Below are positions 48,989 to 58,026 of a DNA stretch of 64,000 nucleotides, in pieces. The stretch covers positions 188,760 through 252,759 of the forward strand of contig CAWEWE010000004.1 of assembly GCA_963812745.1 (NCBI GenBank), given 5' to 3'. The translations under genes and the position numbers were made by a program. The notes below the pieces were generated by a model, which saw nothing but the letters and a program-made list of their open reading frames with translations, made no database searches and was not told the DNA's origin. Origin of the DNA: an uncultured Chloroflexia bacterium. Lineage in GTDB: Bacteria > Chloroflexota > Limnocylindria > Limnocylindrales > CSP1-4. The stretch's first letter is position 1. Each line of letters opens with the position of its first letter.

Positions 48989-49929
48989 TCGCGGTCAACG
49001 GCTCGCGCCCGTGGCGGGCGCTGACCATCCCACGGACCCGGGCCATCGGCCTGTGCCTCGCCGCCGCTACGGCGACGATCAGCGGGGTGTCCGTCTTCAT
49101 CAACGCCGCGGCCGTCAAGCACGTCCCGGACGCCGCCGTGTTCACGACGTTGAAGAACGCGGTGGCGGTCGCCCTGCTCCTTGCGGTCGCCGTGGCCGTC
49201 GTCCGCCCGGCGGAGGTCCGGGCCGTAAATGCGCGGGATCGGGCCCGGCTCGTGATCATCGGCACGCTCGGCGGCGGTGTCGCGTTCCTGCTCTTCTTCT
49301 CCGGTCTGGCGATGGCCAGTGCGCCGTCGGCCGCATTCATCCACAAGACGATGTTCCTCTGGGTCGCACTCATGGCCGGCCCCTTCCTGGGCGAGCGCCT
49401 GGGCTGGGCACCGATCGCGGCGCTCGGCGTGCTCCTCCTCGGCCAGGTCCTGATCCTCCCGCCGCTCGGTATCTCATGGGGCACCGGCGAGACGCTCATC
49501 GCCATCGCGACCGGCCTGTGGGCCATCGAGGTCGTCCTCGCGCGGCGCGTTTTGGGCCGCGTGCGATCGCCCATCGTGGGCGTCGCGCGACTGGGCATCG
49601 GCCTCGTCGTCCTGGTCGGTTTCCTGATTGTGACCGGACGGATCGCCGGCATCGCCGCTCTCGATGGCACGGCCTGGCTGTGGATCGCGATCACCGGGCT
49701 GTTCCTCTCGGGCTACGTCGGGACCTGGCTTGCGGCCATTCGTCGGGCACCGGCCACGGAAGTGACGTCGATCCTCGTCGTCGGCGCAGTGATCACCGGC
49801 GCGCTGACAGCCATCTCGCGCGGTGCCGTCCCGGACCCGTTGACGGCCGGCGGGTACCTGCTGGTGGCGATCGCCGTCGTCGGGCTGGCGGGTCTCGGCT
49901 CGCGACGCCCGGCACCAGTCATCGCCTAG
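48985..49929 (+). CDS. EamA/DMT family transporter
   Basis: Ten predicted TM helices in two 5-helix repeats. 314 aa. Confidence 0.65.
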   Translation: MIAVNGSRPWRALTIPRTRAIGLCLAAATATISGVSVFINAAAVKHVPDAAVFTTLKNAVAVALLLAVAVAVVRPAEVRAVNARDRARLVIIGTLGGGVAFLLFFSGLAMASAPSAAFIHKTMFLWVALMAGPFLGERLGWAPIAALGVLLLGQVLILPPLGISWGTGETLIAIATGLWAIEVVLARRVLGRVRSPIVGVARLGIGLVVLVGFLIVTGRIAGIAALDGTAWLWIAITGLFLSGYVGTWLAAIRRAPATEVTSILVVGAVITGALTAISRGAVPDPLTAGGYLLVAIAVVGLAGLGSRRPAPVIA

Positions 49930-49936
49930 GCCGCAG

Positions 49937-50725
49937 ATGGCCACATCGAGCCTGGTCCCACCGCCCGAGCGCCAGAGGATCGCGCGCCCTCCCGCGTCGG
50001 GCCCGGTCCTGTTCGCACGATACGCCTACGGGCCGAACCGCTACGGCTACTGCGGTCCGGATGACGCCGACGAGCTCCTCGAGGCCGGGGCGGCAAACCA
50101 GGATCCGATCCTTCGCAACCTCGCGAGCAAGTTCGAGGGCGCGTATCCCTACCTCGCCCTGATCGCCCGGTCCAATGGCATACCCGACCCGCTCGACCGA
50201 CGCGTGGTCGAGGCGTACTGGCTGGGCAACGACCTGTTGGCAGCCGTGCCGATCGGAGCCCTGGGTGCGTCCCTCGATGAACGATTCCGGGCGCGCCTGC
50301 GATCGGACGACTGGCGCTGGTTGGCCAGCAAGCCGGTGAGCGGAGCGCGTCCGGTCCACGCGTTCCACGTGCTGGACGTGTTCCCGCGCGTCGGACTGAT
50401 CCGCGGAGGACGGGTCGATGGGATCCTCGAGATCATGGATTCGTGTCGCATCCGGTGGGGGCGCGTGCTGGAGCGGATCGGCGACCAGCTCATCGTCTCG
50501 GCCACGCGGCTCGAGCTCGTCGAAGGGCAGCTTCGGCATGGCAAGCCCGCGCCCGAACGCGTCCAGGCGTGGCGCGATGCGACTGGCTTCATCGACGTTC
50601 CTGAGCCGGGTGACGCAGTGTCCATCCATTGGTCGTGGGCGTGCGATCGACTGGACGCACGACAGCTCATGAACCTCGTCGCCTGGACCGACCGTCAGCT
50701 TCTGATCGCGAACCAGACCATCTGA
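49937..50725 (+). CDS. Conserved hypothetical protein
   Basis: A 262-aa ORF with genome-typical codon usage. Contains YAYGPNRYGYCGPDD. No assignable domain. Confidence 0.45.
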   Translation: MATSSLVPPPERQRIARPPASGPVLFARYAYGPNRYGYCGPDDADELLEAGAANQDPILRNLASKFEGAYPYLALIARSNGIPDPLDRRVVEAYWLGNDLLAAVPIGALGASLDERFRARLRSDDWRWLASKPVSGARPVHAFHVLDVFPRVGLIRGGRVDGILEIMDSCRIRWGRVLERIGDQLIVSATRLELVEGQLRHGKPAPERVQAWRDATGFIDVPEPGDAVSIHWSWACDRLDARQLMNLVAWTDRQLLIANQTI

Positions 50726-50730
50726 GGGCG

Positions 50731-52539
50731 ATGGTGCTTGGCAAGGCCGCGACCGATATGAGCGCGCTCGAGGCGGCGCGGCTTCGCCTGCCTGTCCACC
50801 GCCGAGGCCGCGAGCTGATCGGCCAACCGCTCCTCAACAAGGGCACCGCCTTCAGTGACGAGGAGCGCGATATGTTCGGCCTCCGCGGCCTCCTGCCGCC
50901 GCGTGTCAACACGATCGAGGAGCAGGTCTCCCTCGAGCTCGAGCACGTCCGCCGCAAGGCCGACGACCTCGAGCGCTACATCGGCCTGGCAGCCCTCCAG
51001 GATCGGAACGAGACGCTCTTCTACCGGGTCCTGGCGGAGAACCTCGAAGAATTCCTGCCCATCGTCTACACGCCGACCGTCGGCCGTGCCTGTCAGGACT
51101 TCAGCCACATCTTCCGGCGACCGCGGGGTGTCTGGATCACGCCGGACGACCTCGGGCGCATCGACGACATCCTGCGGGCTGCCGCGGATGCCGAGATCCG
51201 GCTGATCGTCGTGACCGACAACGAGCGGATCCTGGGCCTCGGGGACCTCGGTGCCGGCGGGATGGCGATCCCCGTCGGCAAGCTCGCTCTCTATACCGCC
51301 GCGGCCGGCATCTATCCGGCCTGGACGTTGCCGGTATCGCTCGATGTGGGGACGGACCGTGCTGAGCTGCTGGAGGACCCACTCTATCTCGGCTACCGAG
51401 CGCCTAGGTTGCGAGGCGGGGCGTACGACGAGGTCCTCGAGGCGTTCGTCGACTCGGTGCGACGGGTCTTTCCCGCGGCCGTCGTCCAATGGGAGGACTT
51501 CAAGCAGCACAATGCGCTCCGGATCCTCGACCGGTATCGCCATCGGCTGACGAGCTTCAACGACGATGTCCAGGGCACCGGGGGCGTCGTCCTAGGCGGT
51601 CTGCTCGCCGCTCGTCGCGAGACGGGCGGCCTGTCGGGTGAACGGTTCCTATTCCTCGGCGCAGGTGCCGCCTCCGTCGGGATCGCCGGGCTGCTTCATC
51701 GGCAGCTCGGCCTGGAAGGCGCGGCATCTGCCGCCGAAGGTCCCGCGATCGCGCTCATGGATCGCGGTGGCCTCGTCCATCTCGATCGGCCCGGGCTCCC
51801 CGACGACCAACGACCGTTCGCGGTGGATCAGCGCTGGTTCACCAAGGCCGGGCTCAGCCCACAGGACTTGACGGACCCGGTGGCGATCGCCCGGGTCCTC
51901 CGGCCGACGGTCCTCATCGGCACGACAGGCTGTCGGGGCGCATTCTCCGAGTCGCTCGTACGCGAGGTCGCGCGGCACGCACCGGTGCCGATCATCCTGC
52001 CGCTGTCGAACCCGGGCGATCGGGCAGAGGCCCAGCCGCACGACATCCTGGCGTGGACCGGGGGTCGTGCTCTCGTGGCGACTGGGAGCCCGAGCCGCGA
52101 CGTGACACTGGCCGATGGGCGGCGGACGACCGGCCAGGCGAACAACGTGTTCATCTTCCCCGGCGTCGGTCTGGGCGCGATCGTCGCCGAGGCGCGGGAA
52201 GTCACCGACGACGCGTTCCTGGTGGCCGCCCGGGAGCTGGCCGCCCTGGTATCGGAGGAACGACTGGCGGCGGGCGCGATCTATCCGCCGGTCGGCGATC
52301 TCCGTCGGATCGCGCGAGCGATCGCGATCGCGGTCGTACGCGAGCTCAGGGACAGTGGCTACGGCCGGCAATATCGCGACGAGGAGATCGAGCCTGCCGT
52401 CGACGAGGCGATGTGGTGGCCGGCATATCACCCGCTTCGTTCCCGGATGCCTGTGACCGAGGCACAGCGCGCCCCTTCGCACCTGAGGGCGACGTCTACG
52501 ACAACGCTGAGCGAAGGAAACGGCAGGCCCGGAGCGTGA
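50731..52539 (+). CDS. NAD(P)-dependent malic enzyme (large form)
   Basis: FNDDVQGTGGVVLGGLLAA (dinucleotide site), LPIVYTPTVGRACQ, FLFLGAGAASVGIAG. The C-terminal 40 aa are atypical and overlap an antisense gene remnant. Confidence 0.85.
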   Translation: MVLGKAATDMSALEAARLRLPVHRRGRELIGQPLLNKGTAFSDEERDMFGLRGLLPPRVNTIEEQVSLELEHVRRKADDLERYIGLAALQDRNETLFYRVLAENLEEFLPIVYTPTVGRACQDFSHIFRRPRGVWITPDDLGRIDDILRAAADAEIRLIVVTDNERILGLGDLGAGGMAIPVGKLALYTAAAGIYPAWTLPVSLDVGTDRAELLEDPLYLGYRAPRLRGGAYDEVLEAFVDSVRRVFPAAVVQWEDFKQHNALRILDRYRHRLTSFNDDVQGTGGVVLGGLLAARRETGGLSGERFLFLGAGAASVGIAGLLHRQLGLEGAASAAEGPAIALMDRGGLVHLDRPGLPDDQRPFAVDQRWFTKAGLSPQDLTDPVAIARVLRPTVLIGTTGCRGAFSESLVREVARHAPVPIILPLSNPGDRAEAQPHDILAWTGGRALVATGSPSRDVTLADGRRTTGQANNVFIFPGVGLGAIVAEAREVTDDAFLVAARELAALVSEERLAAGAIYPPVGDLRRIARAIAIAVVRELRDSGYGRQYRDEEIEPAVDEAMWWPAYHPLRSRMPVTEAQRAPSHLRATSTTTLSEGNGRPGA

Positions 52540-52673
52540 CCCACTTGCTGGGTTGTCCCTGCCGATCGATGTCGACCCAGGCCTTGCGGTTGTAGGCGTA
52601 CTCGTTCTTCCAGCGGCCGCGCGCGTCCTGCTTCGCAAGCAGCCAGCCGATCGCGCTGACATCGTCACAGCGG
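52494..52673 (-). pseudogene. Gene remnant: C-terminal fragment of an unidentified protein (...SAIGWLLAKQDARGRWKNEYAYNRKAWVDIDRQGQPSKWVTL...) with no start codon
   Basis: A 59-codon stop-to-stop ORF on the minus strand with coding-like composition. It is antisense to the malic enzyme 3' end and missing from the ATG-anchored track. Confidence 0.3.
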
Positions 52674-52824
52674 CATCAAGCCCCGGGGCATCCGGGCCTG
52701 AGGAGCCGAACGGCCCACTGATGGGTGACGTTTGCCCCTCGAACTGCCGTCGCCGGACGCCCAGGATGCGCGTCAAACCGGACTACGCGGACCGGACGAG
52801 GCGGATCGCGCCGAGGTGGTCACC

Positions 52825-53223
52825 ATGACTCGCGTGCTTGTCGTCCATCACGACCTCGATCTGGCCGGCCAGGAGGCCGACTCGCTTCGAAGGTTCGGCT
52901 ATGACGTGGTCGAATGCGGCGGGCCGACCCGGAACGTGTGCCCCGTCCTCGCCGGACGGCCGTGCGACCTCGCAGAGCGTGCCGATGTCCTCGTGTACGA
53001 CGTGTGGGCGAGCGGCGACGCCGAAGGCGCGCGCACGCTGATCGAGAACATCCGTGACATCCATCCCGAAACACCAGTCGTCCTGACGTCGCCCGGGCTG
53101 CAGCTCAGCTGGGAGGAGACGACCGGTCGTCATTCCGTCACGGTGCTCTTGGGCCAGCCGACCGGCGCGCGCCTCCACGACGCGATCCAGGCTGCCCTCG
53201 GGGGGAGTACCGTAACCACCTGA
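52825..53223 (+). CDS. Stand-alone receiver-like (CheY-fold) protein with a degenerate acidic pocket
   Basis: VLVVHHDLDLAG...ADVLVYDVWASGDAEG resembles a response-regulator receiver, but the usual DD pair is HH. Confidence 0.4.
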   Translation: MTRVLVVHHDLDLAGQEADSLRRFGYDVVECGGPTRNVCPVLAGRPCDLAERADVLVYDVWASGDAEGARTLIENIRDIHPETPVVLTSPGLQLSWEETTGRHSVTVLLGQPTGARLHDAIQAALGGSTVTT

Positions 53224-53243
53224 GCGCTCGGAGGAGGATCGAC

Positions 53244-53735
53244 ATGGGTCGGATCGCGATGCGGCGGGCCATCGCCGCGCTACCGGCCGTCGTGCTCGTC
53301 ATGTCTGCCTGCACGTCGGCCCCATCGAGTACGGCCGTCGCGAGTGCCCCGCCGTCCGCAGCGGGCGGGGCTGGCACGATCGCGGTGACCCTCCAGGAGT
53401 GGGCCGTCGTCCCAGCATCGACATCGACGGCGGCCGGGGACGTGAGCTTCCAGATCACGAACACCGGTCCGGAGGACGTCCACGAGTTCGTGGTGCTCAA
53501 GACCGACCTTGATCCCGGCGCGCTGCCGACCGATGCGAACGGTGCCGTGACCGAGTCCGGTGAAGGGATCGAAGTGATCGGCGAGGTCGAGGACGTCCCG
53601 GTCGGGGAGACGAAGGAGCTGTCGGTGACGCTTGCCGCAGGCAAGTACGTGCTGCTCTGCAACATCTACGACGAGACGGAGAAGGAAGCCCATTACAAGC
53701 TGGGGATGCGAACTCCGTTCGACGTGACTGGCTAG
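53244..53735 (+). CDS. Cupredoxin-like (type-1 copper) lipoprotein
   Basis: Lipobox LVMSAC. Candidate T1Cu ligands are His in EDVHEFVV and the C/H/M triplet in LLCNIYDETEKEAHYKLGM. Confidence 0.5.
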   Translation: MGRIAMRRAIAALPAVVLVMSACTSAPSSTAVASAPPSAAGGAGTIAVTLQEWAVVPASTSTAAGDVSFQITNTGPEDVHEFVVLKTDLDPGALPTDANGAVTESGEGIEVIGEVEDVPVGETKELSVTLAAGKYVLLCNIYDETEKEAHYKLGMRTPFDVTG

Positions 53736-53793
53736 ACCTCGACATCGCCGACTGTCGGTTCGCCCCGGCCGACGGGGCCGAGATCGTCACCGA

Positions 53794-54942
53794 TCAGGCG
53801 ATCGCCGCACCGACGAGGCTGCCTATGCCGTAGGTGATCGCGGCAGCAACCAGACCGAACACGACCTGCCGCGCGCCGGAGCGAAGCGCGTCGGCACCGG
53901 TCACGACGGTGATGGCGGCACCGACCGCCATCAGCGCGACACCGCTCACAACGACCGAGGCGACGATCGCCGGCTGCCCGGTCGTGACGAGGAACGGCAC
54001 GATCGGGATGATCGCCCCCAGCGCGAACAGCAGGAACGACGTCGCGGCGGCGACCCAGGCCGAACCACCCAGGGCCTCCGGATCGATCCCCAGCTCCTCG
54101 CGGGCGAGCGTATCGAGCGCCCGCCCCGCATCGCCCGTGATGATCGTCCGAGCCGTCTGCCGCGCCAGGTCGGGCGCCAGGCCCTTGGCCTCGTAGATGA
54201 GCGCCAGCTCTTCTTCCTCCTCGTCCGGCACCGCCCTGAGCTCCTCGCGCTCGACCGCGATCTGATGGCTGTACAGCTCACGCGCGCTCTGGACCGACAG
54301 CCACTCGCCGAGGGCCATCGAGAGTGCGCCGGCGAGTAGGCCGGCGAGACCAGCGACCTGGACGGCCGGGCCGCCAGTCGACGCGCCCGCCACGCCCATT
54401 GCGAGGGCGAGGTTCGAGACCAGCCCATCGTTCGCGCCGAGCACGGCAGCCCGCAGGGCATTGCCGCCCGTGGTTCGGTGTCGACCCTCGATCCGGGCTA
54501 GCGTGCCGCCCGCGAGCCCTCGCCCCTTGGCGAGCTCCCGGAACAGCCGAGCGTGACTGCGCTCGTCGGCCGGCATGTCGGGCATGGCCTCTGGCTGCGC
54601 GTCGTACATCGTCTGGTCGGACGATTCGAGCTCCGAGATCGTGGCCACGACCGTGGCCGGCCCGAAGCGTCGCGCGACGAGCATCAGGATCCGCGCCCGC
54701 CACGACGGTGCCATCCGGTCGGTGGCGGTGCCTGCCGCCGAGAGTCGCTCGCGCCATACCGCGCCGTGGCGCGTCTCGGCCTCTGCCAGACGCCGGTAGA
54801 GTTCGCGCAACGCCGGCGTGGACTCCGCGTCGGCCATCGTCCGGTACAGCGCGGCCCCATCGATCTCGGCCTGGAGGTTGGCCCGATACCGGTTGATGTC
54901 CTCGCGGCTGACCTCGGCGTGGCCGCTCGTCTGCTCTGCCAT
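53794..54942 (-). CDS. VIT1/CCC1 family iron/manganese transporter with an N-terminal ferritin-like domain
   Basis: N-terminal rubrerythrin/ferritin-like Glu/His pairs (AEAETRHGAVWRE...), then a VIT TM domain (LGANDGLVSNLALAMGVAGA...). Confidence 0.7.
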   Translation of the reverse strand: MAEQTSGHAEVSREDINRYRANLQAEIDGAALYRTMADAESTPALRELYRRLAEAETRHGAVWRERLSAAGTATDRMAPSWRARILMLVARRFGPATVVATISELESSDQTMYDAQPEAMPDMPADERSHARLFRELAKGRGLAGGTLARIEGRHRTTGGNALRAAVLGANDGLVSNLALAMGVAGASTGGPAVQVAGLAGLLAGALSMALGEWLSVQSARELYSHQIAVEREELRAVPDEEEEELALIYEAKGLAPDLARQTARTIITGDAGRALDTLAREELGIDPEALGGSAWVAAATSFLLFALGAIIPIVPFLVTTGQPAIVASVVVSGVALMAVGAAITVVTGADALRSGARQVVFGLVAAAITYGIGSLVGAAIA

Positions 54943-55107
54943 GCATAGAGTCTGCGCGACCGCCTGTCGCTGGGTCAGTGCCGGAGGTCACACCCGAGTA
55001 CCTCACGCGGCGGTTGCGAGGATGACGCCGGTCGGCGCTGGGGTCCCCTCTCGGCCTGATCCCGATGACATTCGGCCCTATCGACGCGGGCGCCCGGACC
55101 CCACGCT

Positions 55108-55536
55108 TTGGTCATGAACCGCCACGCCGTCGTCGACCAGCTTGTGGTGGCCGACCTGATGACCCTTGATCCCGTGGTCGTCGGTGTCGACGACCCCATC
55201 GAAGAAGCAGAGCGCCTGATGCGTGAGCGCCGAGTCACCGGCCTTCCGGTCGTGGACCCCAATGGCGCTCCCGTCGGGGTCATCAGCCAGACCGATGTGA
55301 TCGAGGATGGCGGCGCTCCGTTGGCCATCCTGTTACGCCGCAAGCCGAGTGGCCTTCGCGTCGGCGAGCTCATGACCTCGCCCGCTGTGACCATCGCGGA
55401 CACTGCGCGTCTCGGCGAGGCCGCCCGGCTCATGCGCGACAACCGCATCCATCGACTGGTCGCCGTCGATGAGCACGGCCGAACCGTCGGCGTCCTTTCG
55501 GCGAGCGACTTCGTCGCCCTGTACGCGGACGGCTGA
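55108..55536 (+). CDS. CBS-domain pair protein
   Basis: Two CBS motifs (LVVADLMTLDPVVVGVDDPI...GLPVVD; VGELMTSPAVTIADTARL...HRLVAVD). Confidence 0.7.
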   Translation: MVMNRHAVVDQLVVADLMTLDPVVVGVDDPIEEAERLMRERRVTGLPVVDPNGAPVGVISQTDVIEDGGAPLAILLRRKPSGLRVGELMTSPAVTIADTARLGEAARLMRDNRIHRLVAVDEHGRTVGVLSASDFVALYADG

Positions 55537-55539
55537 ACG

Positions 55540-56429
55540 ATGCAGATCCGCGATGTGTCGCTGCACGTCGAGGTCGTCGGACACGGCGACCCGCTGCTGC
55601 TGATGCACGGCGGGCCCGGGCTCGACCACGTGTCGCTGACACCGTTTCGAGAACTCGCGGGCCGCCACACCGTCATCCTGTACGACCACCGCTGCAACGG
55701 GCGGTCGACCGGTGCACCGGTGACGACGATGACCTGGGAAAACCTCACCGCGGATGCTGACGCGCTCCGCGAAGTGCTCGGGTCGAGCGGTGGGCAGTCC
55801 TTGGGCATTCGTTCGGCGGCCACGTCGCCCTTGAGTACGCGCTGCGCTTTCCAGGACGCGTGTCACGACTCGTCCTGCTGGACACGGCGGGCGACGCACG
55901 ATGGTCGCAAGAGAACGCGGCCGACGTCCTCGCCGACCGCGGGTTCAGCTCGAAGACGGTTGCCGTCGCTCGCCGGTTCTATAGCGGCCGGGTCCAGCCG
56001 AAGGATTTCGTCCGGGCGTCGATCCGGCTCCTGCCCGCCTACGACCATCGGTTCAGCCTCGTTCGGCTCGCGCGCGAGATGATCAAGGGCGGGTGGCGGA
56101 TGAAGACGCGGCCTGAGGCGCTCACCTTCGGCGGGCAGATGATGCGCGGCTGGAGCGTCATGGACCGACTTGGTGAGATCGGCGTGCCGACCCTGGTCAT
56201 CGCAGGGCACGACGACTTCCTCTTCCCGCCCGAGAGCCAGGCCCTCCTCGCCGCCGGCATCGCGAACGCTCGGCTGCGCATCATCGAGCGTGCCGGCCAT
56301 AACCCGCAGTCCGAGCGGCCGGCCGAGACACTGGCGGCCGTCGCGGACTTCCTCGCCACGGCGCCTGCGCTCCCGGCTATGCCAGTCTCGAACGCGGTCG
56401 TCACGTCGCCGGCGCCCGGGAGTGCCTGA
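55540..56429 (+). pseudogene. Alpha/beta-hydrolase (proline iminopeptidase-like) gene interrupted by a frameshift
   Basis: Frame 1 encodes HGGPGLDHVS...ADADALREVLG. The nucleophile elbow LGHSFGGHVALEYAL continues in another frame. The switch maps to a GGG run at 55780-55782, consistent with a 1-nt deletion in GGGG. Confidence 0.65.
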
Positions 56430-56554
56430 CGGCTGAAGAGCCGGATCGTCGGCCGGGCGACGGATCGTAACGGGCGTCATCGGCCTCCGCTACTACCTCG
56501 ACGCCGCGCTGCCGTCGACGATCGACTTCGTCGCCCGGTACGCCAACGGCGGAA

Positions 56555-56583
56555 GGTCCGGCGGACGCGACCTCCGCCGGACC
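56555..56583. terminator. Bidirectional terminator-like hairpin between convergent hydrolase and nirK genes
   Basis: GGTCCGGCGGA-CGCGACC-TCCGCCGGACC, a perfect 11-bp stem. Confidence 0.55.
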
Positions 56584-56598
56584 GACGCGCGAGACCCC

Positions 56599-57999
56599 CT
56601 AGTTCGTCGGGTCGCCGTCCCCGGCCTGGACGATGCCGAGCGCACCGCGGCCCACGAAGTTGAACGCGTGGGTCACGATCGGGTACTGGCCGTCCTCCTG
56701 GGTGGTGAACTCGACGATGCCTCCTTGCGCGGGCGCGAGGTCCAGCGCCTGCGAGCCCCATGACCCGGGGTTGCCCTTCGTCAGGTGGACCCCCTCCTTG
56801 ATCACGGTGTCGAAGATCGTGCCGACGATATGGAACGAGCTGTCGACGCTCGGACCGGCGTTGAGGACGAAGATCCGGTTGGTCTCGCCCGTCCCGACCT
56901 CGATCGGTCCGTCGGCGTACTGGTTGGCGACGCCGTTGAAGACCACGAAGTCCGGGGCGGGAGCGGCCGCGGATGCCTTGGTCAGGTCGGTCGGTTCCTT
57001 CTGCGGCCCGAGATACCACTCGCTCTGGACGAGCGCGAACTCATTGTCGACGGGCGACAGGCCCTCCCTGGGTTCGACGATGACCATGCCGTACATGCCG
57101 TTGGCGATGTGGTGCAAGGTCGGTGCCGTGCCGCAGTGGTACATCCACACGCCGGCGTAGTCGGCCGTCCATTCGTAGAGCAGTTCCTCGCCGGGCGCGA
57201 TCGAGCGCATCTCGTCGTTCCAGGCGACCTGACTTGCGTGGAAGTCGATCGAGTGGGAGAGCTGGTTCTCCGGTGGGTTCTTCAGATGGACCCGGATGGT
57301 GTCACCGACCTTGACCCGGATGACCGGGCCCGGGACGGTGCCGCCGAACGTCCAGACCTTCTGCACGAACCCCTCCGCGACCGTCATCTCCTGCTCGGTC
57401 ATGACGAGATCGATGTCGTGAACGGTGCCAGGCAAGAGCGTGGGTGCGGTCGGGTCGAACCGGACGGGAGCGGGAGCTTTGGGATCGGGCTCGACGTCCG
57501 TCGTCGGTGCCGGACCACCGTGCCCGTTCGGGTCGTCGCTCGGTGCCGCGGCGCCGGCCACCATCACCTCGCCGGTCATGCCAGCCGCGGCGTGCCCCGG
57601 GACGGAGCACAGGAATGTGGTGCCGCCGGCCGGGATGTCGACCTCGACCGACTCCGACTCGCCGGGTCGCGCGGTCGCTACTTCTCCGGTCGGGAACGTG
57701 ATGTCATGCACGACTCCGCCCGTGTTGTTCAGGTTGATCTCGTATCGGCCTGCGGCCGGGACTTCCAGCACCGCGGGCTTGAAGCCGAGGTCGAACGCTT
57801 CGACCTCAAGGACCTCGCCGGACGGAGCGACCGGGGCCGAGGGGCTGGGAGGAGCGACAGGAGCGGAGGGGCTCGCTTGCGAGCCAGGGCTCGACGCGGG
57901 CGGATAGGTCCATCTCGGCGCTGCCGAGGCGGGCGCACAGGCGACCACCAACGACAGGAGCACGGTCAGCGTCAGGCCAGATCGAAGCATCGTGATCAC
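56599..57999 (-). CDS. nirK: Copper-containing nitrite reductase (NirK) with an N-terminally fused cupredoxin domain. Lipoprotein.
   Basis: Lipobox LVVACAP. The N-terminal cupredoxin carries T1Cu ligands (VHDITF...FLCSVPGHAAAGM). The NirK core is HSIDFHAS...VWMYHCGTAPTLHHIANGMYGMVIVEP. Confidence 0.75.
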   Translation of the reverse strand: MITMLRSGLTLTVLLSLVVACAPASAAPRWTYPPASSPGSQASPSAPVAPPSPSAPVAPSGEVLEVEAFDLGFKPAVLEVPAAGRYEINLNNTGGVVHDITFPTGEVATARPGESESVEVDIPAGGTTFLCSVPGHAAAGMTGEVMVAGAAAPSDDPNGHGGPAPTTDVEPDPKAPAPVRFDPTAPTLLPGTVHDIDLVMTEQEMTVAEGFVQKVWTFGGTVPGPVIRVKVGDTIRVHLKNPPENQLSHSIDFHASQVAWNDEMRSIAPGEELLYEWTADYAGVWMYHCGTAPTLHHIANGMYGMVIVEPREGLSPVDNEFALVQSEWYLGPQKEPTDLTKASAAAPAPDFVVFNGVANQYADGPIEVGTGETNRIFVLNAGPSVDSSFHIVGTIFDTVIKEGVHLTKGNPGSWGSQALDLAPAQGGIVEFTTQEDGQYPIVTHAFNFVGRGALGIVQAGDGDPTN

Positions 58000-58026
58000 T
58001 CCTTCAGAAGGTAGCCGAATCGCTGG

